Below are positions 56,142-64,000 of a stretch of DNA of 64,000 nt, piece by piece. The notes below the pieces were generated by a model that searched no databases, had not been told where the DNA came from, and was given only the letters and a program-made list of their open reading frames with translations. The translations under genes were made by a program, and so were the position numbers. How positions within the stretch are numbered: position 1 is the first letter of the stretch; each line of letters starts with the position of its first letter. The DNA is taken from the NCBI GenBank assembly GCA_002726495.1, contig PBTH01000062.1, positions 9,239-73,238 of the forward strand, written 5' to 3'. Source of the DNA: Methanobacteriota archaeon. Its GTDB lineage: Archaea; Thermoplasmatota; Poseidoniia; Poseidoniales; Poseidoniaceae.

Positions 56142-57695
56142 TCACAATGGTATGTTCCCATGCTTCCGAGCAGGCCGGAGTTCTTCCTTATCCTTGAGCA
56201 TCGCAAGTGCCTTGCACAATTTTTGACGGGTTTGATTTGGCTCAATCACATCATCTAGATACCCCAAGGCTGCTGCTTTGTATGGATTCGCAAAGGTTTC
56301 TTTGAAATCTTCAGTTAAGCGTTCACGCTCTTGTTCTTGATTTCTTGAATGAGCAATTCTACGACGATGTATAATCTCAACAGCTCCATCGGCCCCCATA
56401 ACGGCCAACTCAGCACTCGGCCATGCCACGTTGTAATCTCCACGGATGTGTTTACTCGACATGACATCGTAAGCACCGCCGTATGCTTTACGGAGAATTA
56501 CAGTCAACTTAGGTACGGTCGCCTCAGCAAAAGCATAGAGAAGTTTTGCACCGTGTCGGATGATTCCACCCCATTCTTGATTGGTTCCTGGAAGGAAGCC
56601 TGGAACATCTTCAAACGTGATCAAAGGGATGTTGAATGCATCACAGAATCGAACAAAGCGTGCGGCTTTATCGCTTGCATCAATATCCAAACAACCTGCA
56701 AGGACTTTTGGTTGATTCGCCACAATTCCAACGGTATTGCCATCAAGATGGCCAAAACCAATGACGATATTTTGGGCCCATTCAGATTGAACTTCCATGA
56801 AACCGCCGTCATCAAGAACCTCGGTGATAACATCAACAACATCGTAAGGTTTTGATGAATCTTCTGGGATAATTGTATCAAGGGATTCACAAAGACGGTC
56901 CCTTGAATCACTAGTTTTCTTGATTGGTGGCCGTTCAAGATTGTTTTGTGGTAGCATGTCACACAAATCACGAGCCATTGCAATGGCGTCTTCATCATCT
57001 GATGCTGTAAAGTGTGAAACTCCAGATTTAGAACCGTGGGTAGAAGCACCGCCAAGGTCCTCAAATGAAACCACTTCGTTGGTGACGGTTTTGATCACTT
57101 CAGGACCGGTGATGAACATGTGAGCGGTTTGGTCAACCATGATTACAAAATCTGTAATTGCTGGCGAGTAAACTGCACCACCGGCACATGGACCCATAAT
57201 AACAGAAATTTGAGGTACGACCCCCGAGGCCCTGACATTTCGGAAGAAAATCTCGGCATAGGATCCGAGAGAAGCAACGCCTTCCTGTATTCTCGCGCCC
57301 CCCGAATCGTTCATCCCAATAACGGGACGTCCGGTTTTGAGCGCCATATCCAGAACCTTGCAGATTTTCAAACCGTGCATCTCACCAAGTGAACCACCGT
57401 AAACGGTGAAGTCTTGGGCGAACGCAAACACTTCTCTTCCATTGATGGTCCCATGGCCGGTGACGACGCCATCACCAGGAATTACATTCTTGTCCATGTT
57501 GAAATCACGGCATCGGTGTTCAACAAGGGCATCAATTTCCTGGAAACTTCCATCGTCGAGCAACATCTCGAGACGTTCTCTTGCTGTCATTTTACCGCGG
57601 TTATGCTGAGCATCAACCCGTGCTTGACCGCCTCCAGCCTCGCTTCGAGACTTACGATTTCTGAGGTCTTTAAGACGCTCTTCTGTACTTGACAT
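56142..57695 (-). CDS. pccB: acyl-CoA carboxylase carboxyltransferase subunit (propionyl-CoA carboxylase beta / methylmalonyl-CoA decarboxylase alpha family)
   Basis: [62 protein letters not shown] and the second CT domain. The start at 57695 (MSSTEERL) is preceded by GGAAGGGGGAAGTCC; the longer ORF to 57965 adds a non-homologous extension. Confidence 0.9.
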   Translation of the reverse strand: MSSTEERLKDLRNRKSRSEAGGGQARVDAQHNRGKMTARERLEMLLDDGSFQEIDALVEHRCRDFNMDKNVIPGDGVVTGHGTINGREVFAFAQDFTVYGGSLGEMHGLKICKVLDMALKTGRPVIGMNDSGGARIQEGVASLGSYAEIFFRNVRASGVVPQISVIMGPCAGGAVYSPAITDFVIMVDQTAHMFITGPEVIKTVTNEVVSFEDLGGASTHGSKSGVSHFTASDDEDAIAMARDLCDMLPQNNLERPPIKKTSDSRDRLCESLDTIIPEDSSKPYDVVDVITEVLDDGGFMEVQSEWAQNIVIGFGHLDGNTVGIVANQPKVLAGCLDIDASDKAARFVRFCDAFNIPLITFEDVPGFLPGTNQEWGGIIRHGAKLLYAFAEATVPKLTVILRKAYGGAYDVMSSKHIRGDYNVAWPSAELAVMGADGAVEIIHRRRIAHSRNQEQERERLTEDFKETFANPYKAAALGYLDDVIEPNQTRQKLCKALAMLKDKEELRPARKHGNIPL

Positions 57696-57830
57696 GGACT
57701 TCCCCCTTCCTATGGATGAAAACGCCGCCCTTATGCGTTGCTCTTGTAATTCGCTGAAAATGGGCGTTGAAGAGGGTTTTAGATTCCCCCCAAGGGGCGC
57801 GTTGATAGGGAGGCGCCTCTTCCTAAGTCC
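57696..57830. promoter_or_regulatory. divergent intergenic promoter region between pccB operon and mcm/meaB, flanked by inverted GGACTT...AAGTCC elements abutting both start codons
   Basis: Both divergent start codons are immediately preceded (in their own orientation) by AAGTCC-ATG. AT-richer tracts (TTTTAGATT, TTGTAATTCGCTGAAAATG) lie centrally. No experimental support. Confidence 0.3.
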
Positions 57831-58277
57831 ATGGCCCAACCGCTGCGTATTGTCGTTGCCAAGCCCGGACTTGATGGTCATGACCGAGGTGCAAAGGTAG
57901 TGGCGCGTACACTTCGTGATGCAGGGCACGAAGTGATTTACACTGGACTTCGGAGGACTGCCCAACAGATTGTTGAAACCGTTCGCGATGAAGATGCTCG
58001 TTTCCTGGGCCTCTCTTCGCTTTCAGGCGCTCACAGTCACCTCTTCCCCAAAGTGTGTGAACTGCTCAAGCAAGAAGGACTTGAGGATGTCATCGTATTC
58101 GGAGGTGGAATCATACCTCATGAAGACCGTGCTGATTTGTTTGCGGCCGGTATCAAAGCAATATTCGGACCGGGAACACCGACTGCTGAAATTCTAGATT
58201 TTATCCAACATGCGAATGCTATGGATGATGCTGGCGTAGGCCAAGAAAACGACTGGCATTGGGAATCTAAAGCATAG
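57831..58277 (+). CDS. methylmalonyl-CoA mutase, C-terminal B12-binding subunit
   Basis: [34 protein letters not shown] (DxHxxG cobalamin motif) and GGGIIP. Confidence 0.85.
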   Translation: MAQPLRIVVAKPGLDGHDRGAKVVARTLRDAGHEVIYTGLRRTAQQIVETVRDEDARFLGLSSLSGAHSHLFPKVCELLKQEGLEDVIVFGGGIIPHEDRADLFAAGIKAIFGPGTPTAEILDFIQHANAMDDAGVGQENDWHWESKA

Positions 58278-58287
58278 GTGTCTCATC

Positions 58288-59190
58288 ATGAACGATGAAA
58301 TTTCCCGAGCACTCAACGGTGAACGGCGAGCTCTTGCAAGGGTGCTTTCCGCCATTGAAAATAGGACAGTTTCAATTGAGGAAATGAGCGGCAGTGACAG
58401 TTCGAGTACCGAGGATATCATGTGGAGTACCATGGCAATTACAGGCGCCCCAGGAGTCGGAAAGTCTGTTCTCGTTGACGCTTTGATGACTCTGTGGGCA
58501 AAACAAGGCCATCGTATAGCATTGCTCGCCGTCGATCCAAGTTCACCAAGAACTGGTGGGGCGTTATTGGGAGACCGGGTACGAATGACATCTGTTGACA
58601 ATCCGGCTATCAAGGACCAGGTATATGTCCGCTCAATTGCAACACGAACGGCATCTGGAAGTGTCCCTCTCATTGTTGAAGACATGGCTTCTTTCCTTCA
58701 TTCATGTGGATGGAACCGGGTGCTCATAGAGACCGTTGGCTCGGGACAGTCGGAACTGCGCTGCGCTGCTGTTGCAGACCGAATTGTTGTTGTTGAAGGG
58801 CCAGCCCGCGGAGATGGAATCCAAGCGGAGAAGGCTGGATTGCTCGAACTTGCTGATGCTGTTCTTGTCAACAAAGCCGACCTTGACGGAGCGAAAAAAC
58901 ACGCTTCCGAACTTCAAGAATCGTTCGCGCTTGGACAAAACGAAGCACCTCCAGTTCTGCTCACTTCTGGCCTCCAAGGAATCGGAATTGAGCAGGCTGC
59001 CGAGATGTTGTTTGAACTGAAAGCCTCCGACAGAGCAACCAAGGCAAGGATGAGGGAGCGACTTCTTGCCCGTCATGAGCGCCGGCTGGTCAACCACCCC
59101 TCCTATAATGAGTGTTTGAAGCGGCTTACGGAGGGGACAATTGATATTGAGAATGCACTTTCAATCCTCCAAGGGGAGCATGATGAGTGA
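58288..59190 (+). CDS. meaB: methylmalonyl-CoA mutase-associated GTPase MeaB/ArgK
   Basis: P-loop ITGAPGVGKS, DPSSPRTGGALLGDRVRM and NKADL motifs. Confidence 0.85.
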   Translation: MNDEISRALNGERRALARVLSAIENRTVSIEEMSGSDSSSTEDIMWSTMAITGAPGVGKSVLVDALMTLWAKQGHRIALLAVDPSSPRTGGALLGDRVRMTSVDNPAIKDQVYVRSIATRTASGSVPLIVEDMASFLHSCGWNRVLIETVGSGQSELRCAAVADRIVVVEGPARGDGIQAEKAGLLELADAVLVNKADLDGAKKHASELQESFALGQNEAPPVLLTSGLQGIGIEQAAEMLFELKASDRATKARMRERLLARHERRLVNHPSYNECLKRLTEGTIDIENALSILQGEHDE

Positions 59191-59809
59191 CCAAGTTGAG
59201 CTGACCAACCCAGTAGATACCTCGGTTGGAGGCATGAAAGGCCACATCCTGCGTAGAACAATACACATTGGCATGTGTGCCATCCCTTTCGTTTACTTTT
59301 CTTGGGGCGAAAACGTGTCGTCCAAACTCGACATGGAACTGCAACAAATTGTTGCTTCTGTGATATTGATTGCGCTTGTTGCGGAAAGCATACGATTGAA
59401 ATTTGGGATTACGATCTTTGGACAGCGTGATTACGAAGCAACGCAGATCTCTGCACTTGCATGGGGGGCCTTCGGAATAGGAATGGTCCTTCTATTGGCC
59501 CCTCACGAGGCATATGCATACCCATTAATTCTGTCACTTGCACTGGGCGACCCATTGATGGGTGAACTGCGAAGAAAGGGTATCGAATCCCGTAAGGTCA
59601 TGATTTATTCAACGATATTGATACTCGCCATATGGCTTGCCTGCTCCGTTCAATTTGACACGCCCGTAGTGATCTCATTGATTCTAGCCCCCGTTTGTAT
59701 GATTTCTGAATGGCCCCGGCTGCGATACATTGATGACAACGCCACCATGCTTCTAATTCCTCTTTCTTTGATTTTAATTCTTGAACCGTTTTTCAAGGTC
59801 ATGGTTTGA
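59180..59809 (+). CDS. hypothetical polytopic membrane protein
   Basis: About 6 TM helices. The start at ATGATGAGTGAC overlaps the meaB stop (translational coupling). No family motif recognised. Confidence 0.5.
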   Translation: MMSDQVELTNPVDTSVGGMKGHILRRTIHIGMCAIPFVYFSWGENVSSKLDMELQQIVASVILIALVAESIRLKFGITIFGQRDYEATQISALAWGAFGIGMVLLLAPHEAYAYPLILSLALGDPLMGELRRKGIESRKVMIYSTILILAIWLACSVQFDTPVVISLILAPVCMISEWPRLRYIDDNATMLLIPLSLILILEPFFKVMV

Positions 59810-59884
59810 GTAGGGCACTCACGCATCAATTTCTCTCAACATATTCAAATGGGGGCTAGCCTTGGTTTCATTTGAGGAGAGCCC

Positions 59885-59995
59885 ATGTCCGATGAGCAAA
59901 CATCAAACGATCCACCCCAAAGTGCGTACTTCCTTGGCTTTGCCCTTGCAATAGTTCTTCTTGGAATTACCATGTTCCAATACCCACTTTGGTGA
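59885..59995 (+). CDS. candidate 36-aa hydrophobic micro-protein
   Basis: ATG at 59885 preceded by GAGGAGAG at an 8 nt spacing. Encodes MSDEQTSNDPPQSAYFLGFALAIVLLGITMFQYPLW, a single TM helix. Below the 60-aa ORF track cut-off. Confidence 0.3.
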   Translation: MSDEQTSNDPPQSAYFLGFALAIVLLGITMFQYPLW

Positions 59996-60051
59996 TTTTT
60001 TCATACAAGGATTGAACATTCCTTCAAAAAGGAAGCCACCAACCAAAGCAT

Positions 60052-61836
60052 ATGTGCGGCATTGGCGGTATGCTTGGCCATCCAGATATCGCCGTGGCGC
60101 AGCGAATGAACAAGTTGCAAATTCACCGCGGCCCTGACGGCCAAGATACTTGGTCTGATGAATTCATAGCGCTTGGACATACACGCCTTGCCATTGTTGA
60201 CCTGAACGGGAGTCAACAACCGATTCATGGTCCAAATCAGCAGACACTAATTGTCAACGGTGAAATCTACAACCATTTGGAATTGCGAAGCAGGCATCCA
60301 AACTACCCGTTTACGACCTCAGGTGATAGCGAGGCAATACTCGCCCTCCACAACCATTGTGTGACGCAATACCAACGAATTCCAACCGCTGAAGACCATG
60401 CATCGTGGCTATCACAACTTGACGGAATGTATGCTATCGCACTATGGGATGGCAACAACCGTCAACTGGTTCTTGCTCGAGATACACTTGGAATCAAACC
60501 CTTGGTCAAATGCGAAGTTGAAGGTACACTTCTTTTTGCGAGCGAAGTCAAAGCATTACGCAGTGATGAGCGCCATGTTCCAGAACTTGATGACTTGGCG
60601 CTTGCGGCAAGAATGGTGTGGGAATATCCATTGGATGCAACGACCCTCCTCAAAGGAGTGACACAAGTTCGGCCTGGAACGGTTGAGACATGGGAACTCA
60701 ACGAACAAGGAGATGCTTTTCTTTCCGGTAAAGCAACCATTGAGCACCGAACCATTTCACCTAAACAATCATGGTCGCCGGTCACACAAGCACCGATACT
60801 GCTGGATTCGTTTATTTCGAGCGTACAACAACGACTCATGGCTGATGTCCCAGTTGGAATTGTGTTGTCAGGTGGGCTGGATTCCAGTCTTGTCGCGGCG
60901 GTTGCTCAAGAAGCATCCATGCGAGCGAAACAACCCGTTCCGGAATGTTGGACAGTCGCCGAAAGTGAAGACAATCCAGATTGGAAAGCAGCAGAGATTG
61001 TCGCTTCACACTTTGATCTCAAACATCATCAGCATATCCTTGACCCCGATGCGTTTGACCGCGCCCTTCCAAATCTCATCTGGCATGGAGAAGACTTGGA
61101 TGTGACGGTATTGTTTTTCCAGCCCCTCTTTGAAACGATGTCAAAACATGTCAAGGTTGGCCTTTGCGGCCAAGGAGCCGATGAATTGCATGCTGGATAT
61201 CCTCGCTACAGAAATCTTCCGAGCCATGCAAAACTTCTCAGAGAACGATTAAACGCACTTCCTTCTCAACTTCAACATGCATTAGAACACGGGTCTCTGG
61301 ATGAAACCGAAGGCTGGCTAAAGCCATACCACCGACCAGAAGAAACTGCAAACTCTCTATCTGAGACCCTACAGTTTGAATTGGATCATGGGCAACTCAG
61401 TAATTTCCAGCTTCGGCTGGTTGACCGACATTCAATGGCTCATTCACTTGAAGTGAGAGTGCCCTTCCTCGGAAGGCCTCATCTTGAATGCGTGAATTCA
61501 TTGCCAATGGCGTGGAGGTTGCCTCCAAGTTTTGAAGAAAAAGCGGCTCTACGTGAGGCCGCTGACCTCACCGGTTTGCCGAAGGAAATCGTACGTCGAC
61601 CGAAGATGCCAGCCGGAAGGGCGACATCTCCTACGATGTTGGAGATGTTTTTGAAGGAATATTCCACCCAAACTCAGCAACTCGTCAAAAAGTACGAAAC
61701 ATTGTCACCCTTATTCAAGGGACAATCTGAACTTGCCCTCGGACTCGGCCTATTTGAGGCGATGCACATCGTTAATGGTGGAAGGATTAAGAAAGACGGA
61801 GACATAATCACATTGCTTGATGAGGTGATAGCATGA
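60052..61836 (+). CDS. asnB: asparagine synthetase (glutamine-hydrolysing) family
   Basis: N-terminal MCGIGG (Ntn Cys nucleophile) and PP-loop SGGLDSS. 594 aa. Confidence 0.85.
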   Translation: MCGIGGMLGHPDIAVAQRMNKLQIHRGPDGQDTWSDEFIALGHTRLAIVDLNGSQQPIHGPNQQTLIVNGEIYNHLELRSRHPNYPFTTSGDSEAILALHNHCVTQYQRIPTAEDHASWLSQLDGMYAIALWDGNNRQLVLARDTLGIKPLVKCEVEGTLLFASEVKALRSDERHVPELDDLALAARMVWEYPLDATTLLKGVTQVRPGTVETWELNEQGDAFLSGKATIEHRTISPKQSWSPVTQAPILLDSFISSVQQRLMADVPVGIVLSGGLDSSLVAAVAQEASMRAKQPVPECWTVAESEDNPDWKAAEIVASHFDLKHHQHILDPDAFDRALPNLIWHGEDLDVTVLFFQPLFETMSKHVKVGLCGQGADELHAGYPRYRNLPSHAKLLRERLNALPSQLQHALEHGSLDETEGWLKPYHRPEETANSLSETLQFELDHGQLSNFQLRLVDRHSMAHSLEVRVPFLGRPHLECVNSLPMAWRLPPSFEEKAALREAADLTGLPKEIVRRPKMPAGRATSPTMLEMFLKEYSTQTQQLVKKYETLSPLFKGQSELALGLGLFEAMHIVNGGRIKKDGDIITLLDEVIA

Positions 61837-63035
61837 CCAATGTCCACGATTTGACCTCTGTCCTCGAGTCCATGCGGAAAGAAATTACGGCATGGATGGC
61901 AACAAAGCGGGAAGAGATCTCCATCCCAATTTATGGCAGCGTTGACATTCGCGATGCCGGTTGGAAAGTGGGAGTGGTTGATGCCAACCACTTTCCCGCT
62001 GGATTCAATAACATCGCAGAGGATGATTTCCCCCATCTTTCTGAATTGTTTAAGGCTCACATCTTGAGAACAAAACCAGAGTGTAAATCCGTCCACATCT
62101 ATCCCGAAAGCCACACGAGGAACCTTGGATATATTGAGAACATCGCAACGATTCAGCGCTTGATAAAAGGGGCTGGTTTTGTTTGCACAGTTGGGTCACC
62201 TGAGCTGTCTGAACTGGGCTTTCTCAAAGGAATATCTGGCCCACTGAAACTTGAGCCAGTTGATGTTGATTCCGAGGGAGAACTCATCGTTGGAGGTGTA
62301 AAGCCTGACCTCATTTTGTTAAACAACGACCTCACCAACGGAAAACTTCCAGGATTGACATCTCCAAGTGTGACACCCCCTACTGAGATGGGTTGGCATC
62401 AGCGGAAAAAATCTGAACATTACAGGTGTCTACAAGGATATGTTGATGAAATTTCAGAAATGATTGGAATTGACCCCTGGCACCTCATGCCAGAGTGGTT
62501 TGTTTCCAAAGACAAGTGCTTAACAGAAGAGGCATGCAAGACAAAACTCGCCAGTGAAATCAATGAATTCATTGCAAAAATACAAGCACGCTATGATGCA
62601 TATGGAATTGATAGAACTCCGGCTGTTGTCATGAAAAACGATAGAGGCACCTATGGTTTGGGGATTATGATACTCACTTCAGGAGACCAGATACTCAACC
62701 TGTCAAACAGAAAAATCAACAAATTAAGGTATGCAAAAGGCGGAGCAGATGTTGAAAGTTATTTGATTCAAGAAGGAATTCCTACTGGCATGCTAACGGA
62801 TGATGGTGAGCCTGTTGAACCGGTCGTTTACCTTGTTGATGGAGAAGCGGCAGCTTGGTTCTATCGCATCAACCCCAAAAAATCAGACATGGACAACCTT
62901 AATTCACCAAGTGCTCGCTTTGAGAATTACACACGCTCCGGTGACAAGTACGGAACCCATGCTCACGGGTGGCATGCTCTTCTCGCAGAGTTAAGCATGC
63001 TTGCCATGGGCGCTGAATTAAACATTAAACGGTGA
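61833..63035 (+). CDS. putative ATP-grasp/carboxylate-amine ligase (glutathionylspermidine-synthase YgiC/YjfC-like or GshA-like), tentative
   Basis: 400 aa. Segments LLNNDLTNGKLPGL (compare NNADTP of GspS-like pre-ATP-grasp), VVMKNDRGTYGLGIMIL (ATP-grasp-like) and YAKGGADVESYLIQEGIP. Start overlaps the asnB stop (ATGA). The family call rests on weak motif similarity only. Confidence 0.4.
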   Translation: MTNVHDLTSVLESMRKEITAWMATKREEISIPIYGSVDIRDAGWKVGVVDANHFPAGFNNIAEDDFPHLSELFKAHILRTKPECKSVHIYPESHTRNLGYIENIATIQRLIKGAGFVCTVGSPELSELGFLKGISGPLKLEPVDVDSEGELIVGGVKPDLILLNNDLTNGKLPGLTSPSVTPPTEMGWHQRKKSEHYRCLQGYVDEISEMIGIDPWHLMPEWFVSKDKCLTEEACKTKLASEINEFIAKIQARYDAYGIDRTPAVVMKNDRGTYGLGIMILTSGDQILNLSNRKINKLRYAKGGADVESYLIQEGIPTGMLTDDGEPVEPVVYLVDGEAAAWFYRINPKKSDMDNLNSPSARFENYTRSGDKYGTHAHGWHALLAELSMLAMGAELNIKR

Positions 63036-63039
63036 TTAT

Positions 63040-64000
63040 ATGGCGACGATTCATTGTCTAGGCAGCGGCTTAGTAGGGGCATTTGTTGTCCGGCACTTGG
63101 TTGAAGCTGACCACGATGTTCATGTCTACGATTTGAAAGCAAGTGATGTCGATGGCATCACAATGCACATTGGAGACATTACGGGGGAACTTGGCCGTAT
63201 TCCCGAGGGATTGATTGTCAACATGTTGCCTGGTGATATCGGGGGTGGCTGTACTGAAAGTCTTGTAGAACTCGGAAGAACCGTTGTGGACTTATCGTTT
63301 GCTGAAGAGACACCTGACCGGCTCCAACAAAAAGCATTGGATTCCAATGCGACTGTGGTCTGGGATGTTGGTATTGCCCCTGGTTTGTCGAACATGCTTC
63401 TTGCTGAGGCTCAAGAAAAATTAGGAGCGTTCAAAAATGCGGAAATAAGGGTAGGTGGGAATCCTGGCCAACCCGACGATGAGTGGTCATATATGGCCCC
63501 ATTTTCTCCAATTGATGTGATCGCAGAATACACCCGCCCTGCACGGGTCATAAGAGATTCAACGCTTGCAACCCTACCTGCTCTCGATGAGCGACACATC
63601 ATCAACGTAGGAGGTAAAGGAGAAATGGAGGCATTCCTTTCAGATGGCCTGCGCTCACTTTTGTTCACAATCAATGCACAAGATATGTCAGAATATACGG
63701 TCCGGTGGCCCGGACACATACAACGTTACATCGATGAGCGAGATGCTGGTACATTGGATGTTGAGAAATTATTGGATTCTTGGTCTCTTGACAAAGGTCG
63801 GAGTGAATTTACTTGGATGGAAGTCAAAGCAGAGGGAAAACATCACCGGCATATCTGGACGGTGATGGACAAAGGTAGTGGCAACGATTCTTCAATGGCT
63901 AGAACGACCGGCCTGGTCACCATAGCAACGGTATTGACCATGTGTGAGCATCCTCAAATCCTATCCCATGGAGTCCATTCACCAGAACAACTCCCGCCAG
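63040..64000 (+). CDS. saccharopine dehydrogenase-like NAD(P)-binding protein (carboxynorspermidine/saccharopine dehydrogenase family), 3' partial
   Basis: Rossmann motif MATIHCLGSGLVGAFVVRHLVEADHDVHVYD, then the saccharopine-DH-like pattern VVWDVGIAPGLSNML...IRVGGNPG. The ORF runs off the window end (no stop). Not in the supplied ORF track. Confidence 0.6.
   Translation, partial: MATIHCLGSGLVGAFVVRHLVEADHDVHVYDLKASDVDGITMHIGDITGELGRIPEGLIVNMLPGDIGGGCTESLVELGRTVVDLSFAEETPDRLQQKALDSNATVVWDVGIAPGLSNMLLAEAQEKLGAFKNAEIRVGGNPGQPDDEWSYMAPFSPIDVIAEYTRPARVIRDSTLATLPALDERHIINVGGKGEMEAFLSDGLRSLLFTINAQDMSEYTVRWPGHIQRYIDERDAGTLDVEKLLDSWSLDKGRSEFTWMEVKAEGKHHRHIWTVMDKGSGNDSSMARTTGLVTIATVLTMCEHPQILSHGVHSPEQLPP

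Noticed and set aside
57696-57965. 90-codon N-terminal extension of the pccB-like ORF ([12 protein letters not shown]...)
   Set aside because: There is no similarity to carboxyltransferases. The ATG at 57695 is preceded by a strong GGAAGGGGG RBS, and the extension would consume the divergent promoter region shared with mcm.

Overview
This 64 kb window reads as a chromosomal segment of a marine planktonic archaeon, probably Marine Group II/III-like. Archaeal markers include aCPSF1/FttA with N-terminal KH domains, a proteasome beta subunit, ribosomal protein S3Ae, an archaeal-type AspRS and TrpRS, a ZPR1 zinc finger, a PdaD-like protein, and two tRNAs with genomically encoded CCA. Giant secreted proteins carry thrombospondin-type-3-like calcium-binding repeats and single C-terminal membrane anchors. 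Ribosome-binding sites resemble GGAGG/GGTG and many gene ends overlap by 4 nt. I found no CRISPR array, rRNA, or obvious transposon. Housekeeping content includes rpiA, Ni-superoxide dismutase with its maturation protease (sodN-sodX), carbamate kinase, aspS, trpS, thyA-folA, MazG, MTAP, pdxS, a 7Fe ferredoxin, purP, asnB, and a propionyl-CoA carboxylase beta/BCCP/epsilon-like cluster placed divergently from a methylmalonyl-CoA mutase B12 subunit plus MeaB. The main results are (1) an unannotated RNase P RNA (type A) at 4203..4505 with P1/P2/P3/P4 pairings and compensatory changes in P4, and (2) an overlapping operon at about 43.0-47.4 kb encoding a small coiled-coil protein, a eukaryote-type Cid1/GLD-2/Trf4-family nucleotidyltransferase with a PAP-associated domain and a long Lys/Arg-rich tail, a GNAT acetyltransferase, a Roadblock/LC7 protein and a COG1340-like coiled-coil protein. 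I consider this the strongest candidate for an undescribed system, possibly RNA 3'-tailing. Other observations worth checking: a triple Tudor/chromo-barrel-like plus EF-hand protein; an S3Ae-SAP fusion; surface proteins with cytoplasmic MJ0042-type zinc ribbons or W-rich DUF4339-like tails; a PdaD-like protein that lacks the Ser-Ser self-cleavage site; and an asnB / ATP-grasp ligase / saccharopine-dehydrogenase-like cluster that suggests polyamine-amide biosynthesis. All calls rest on motif recognition by eye; no database searches were run.
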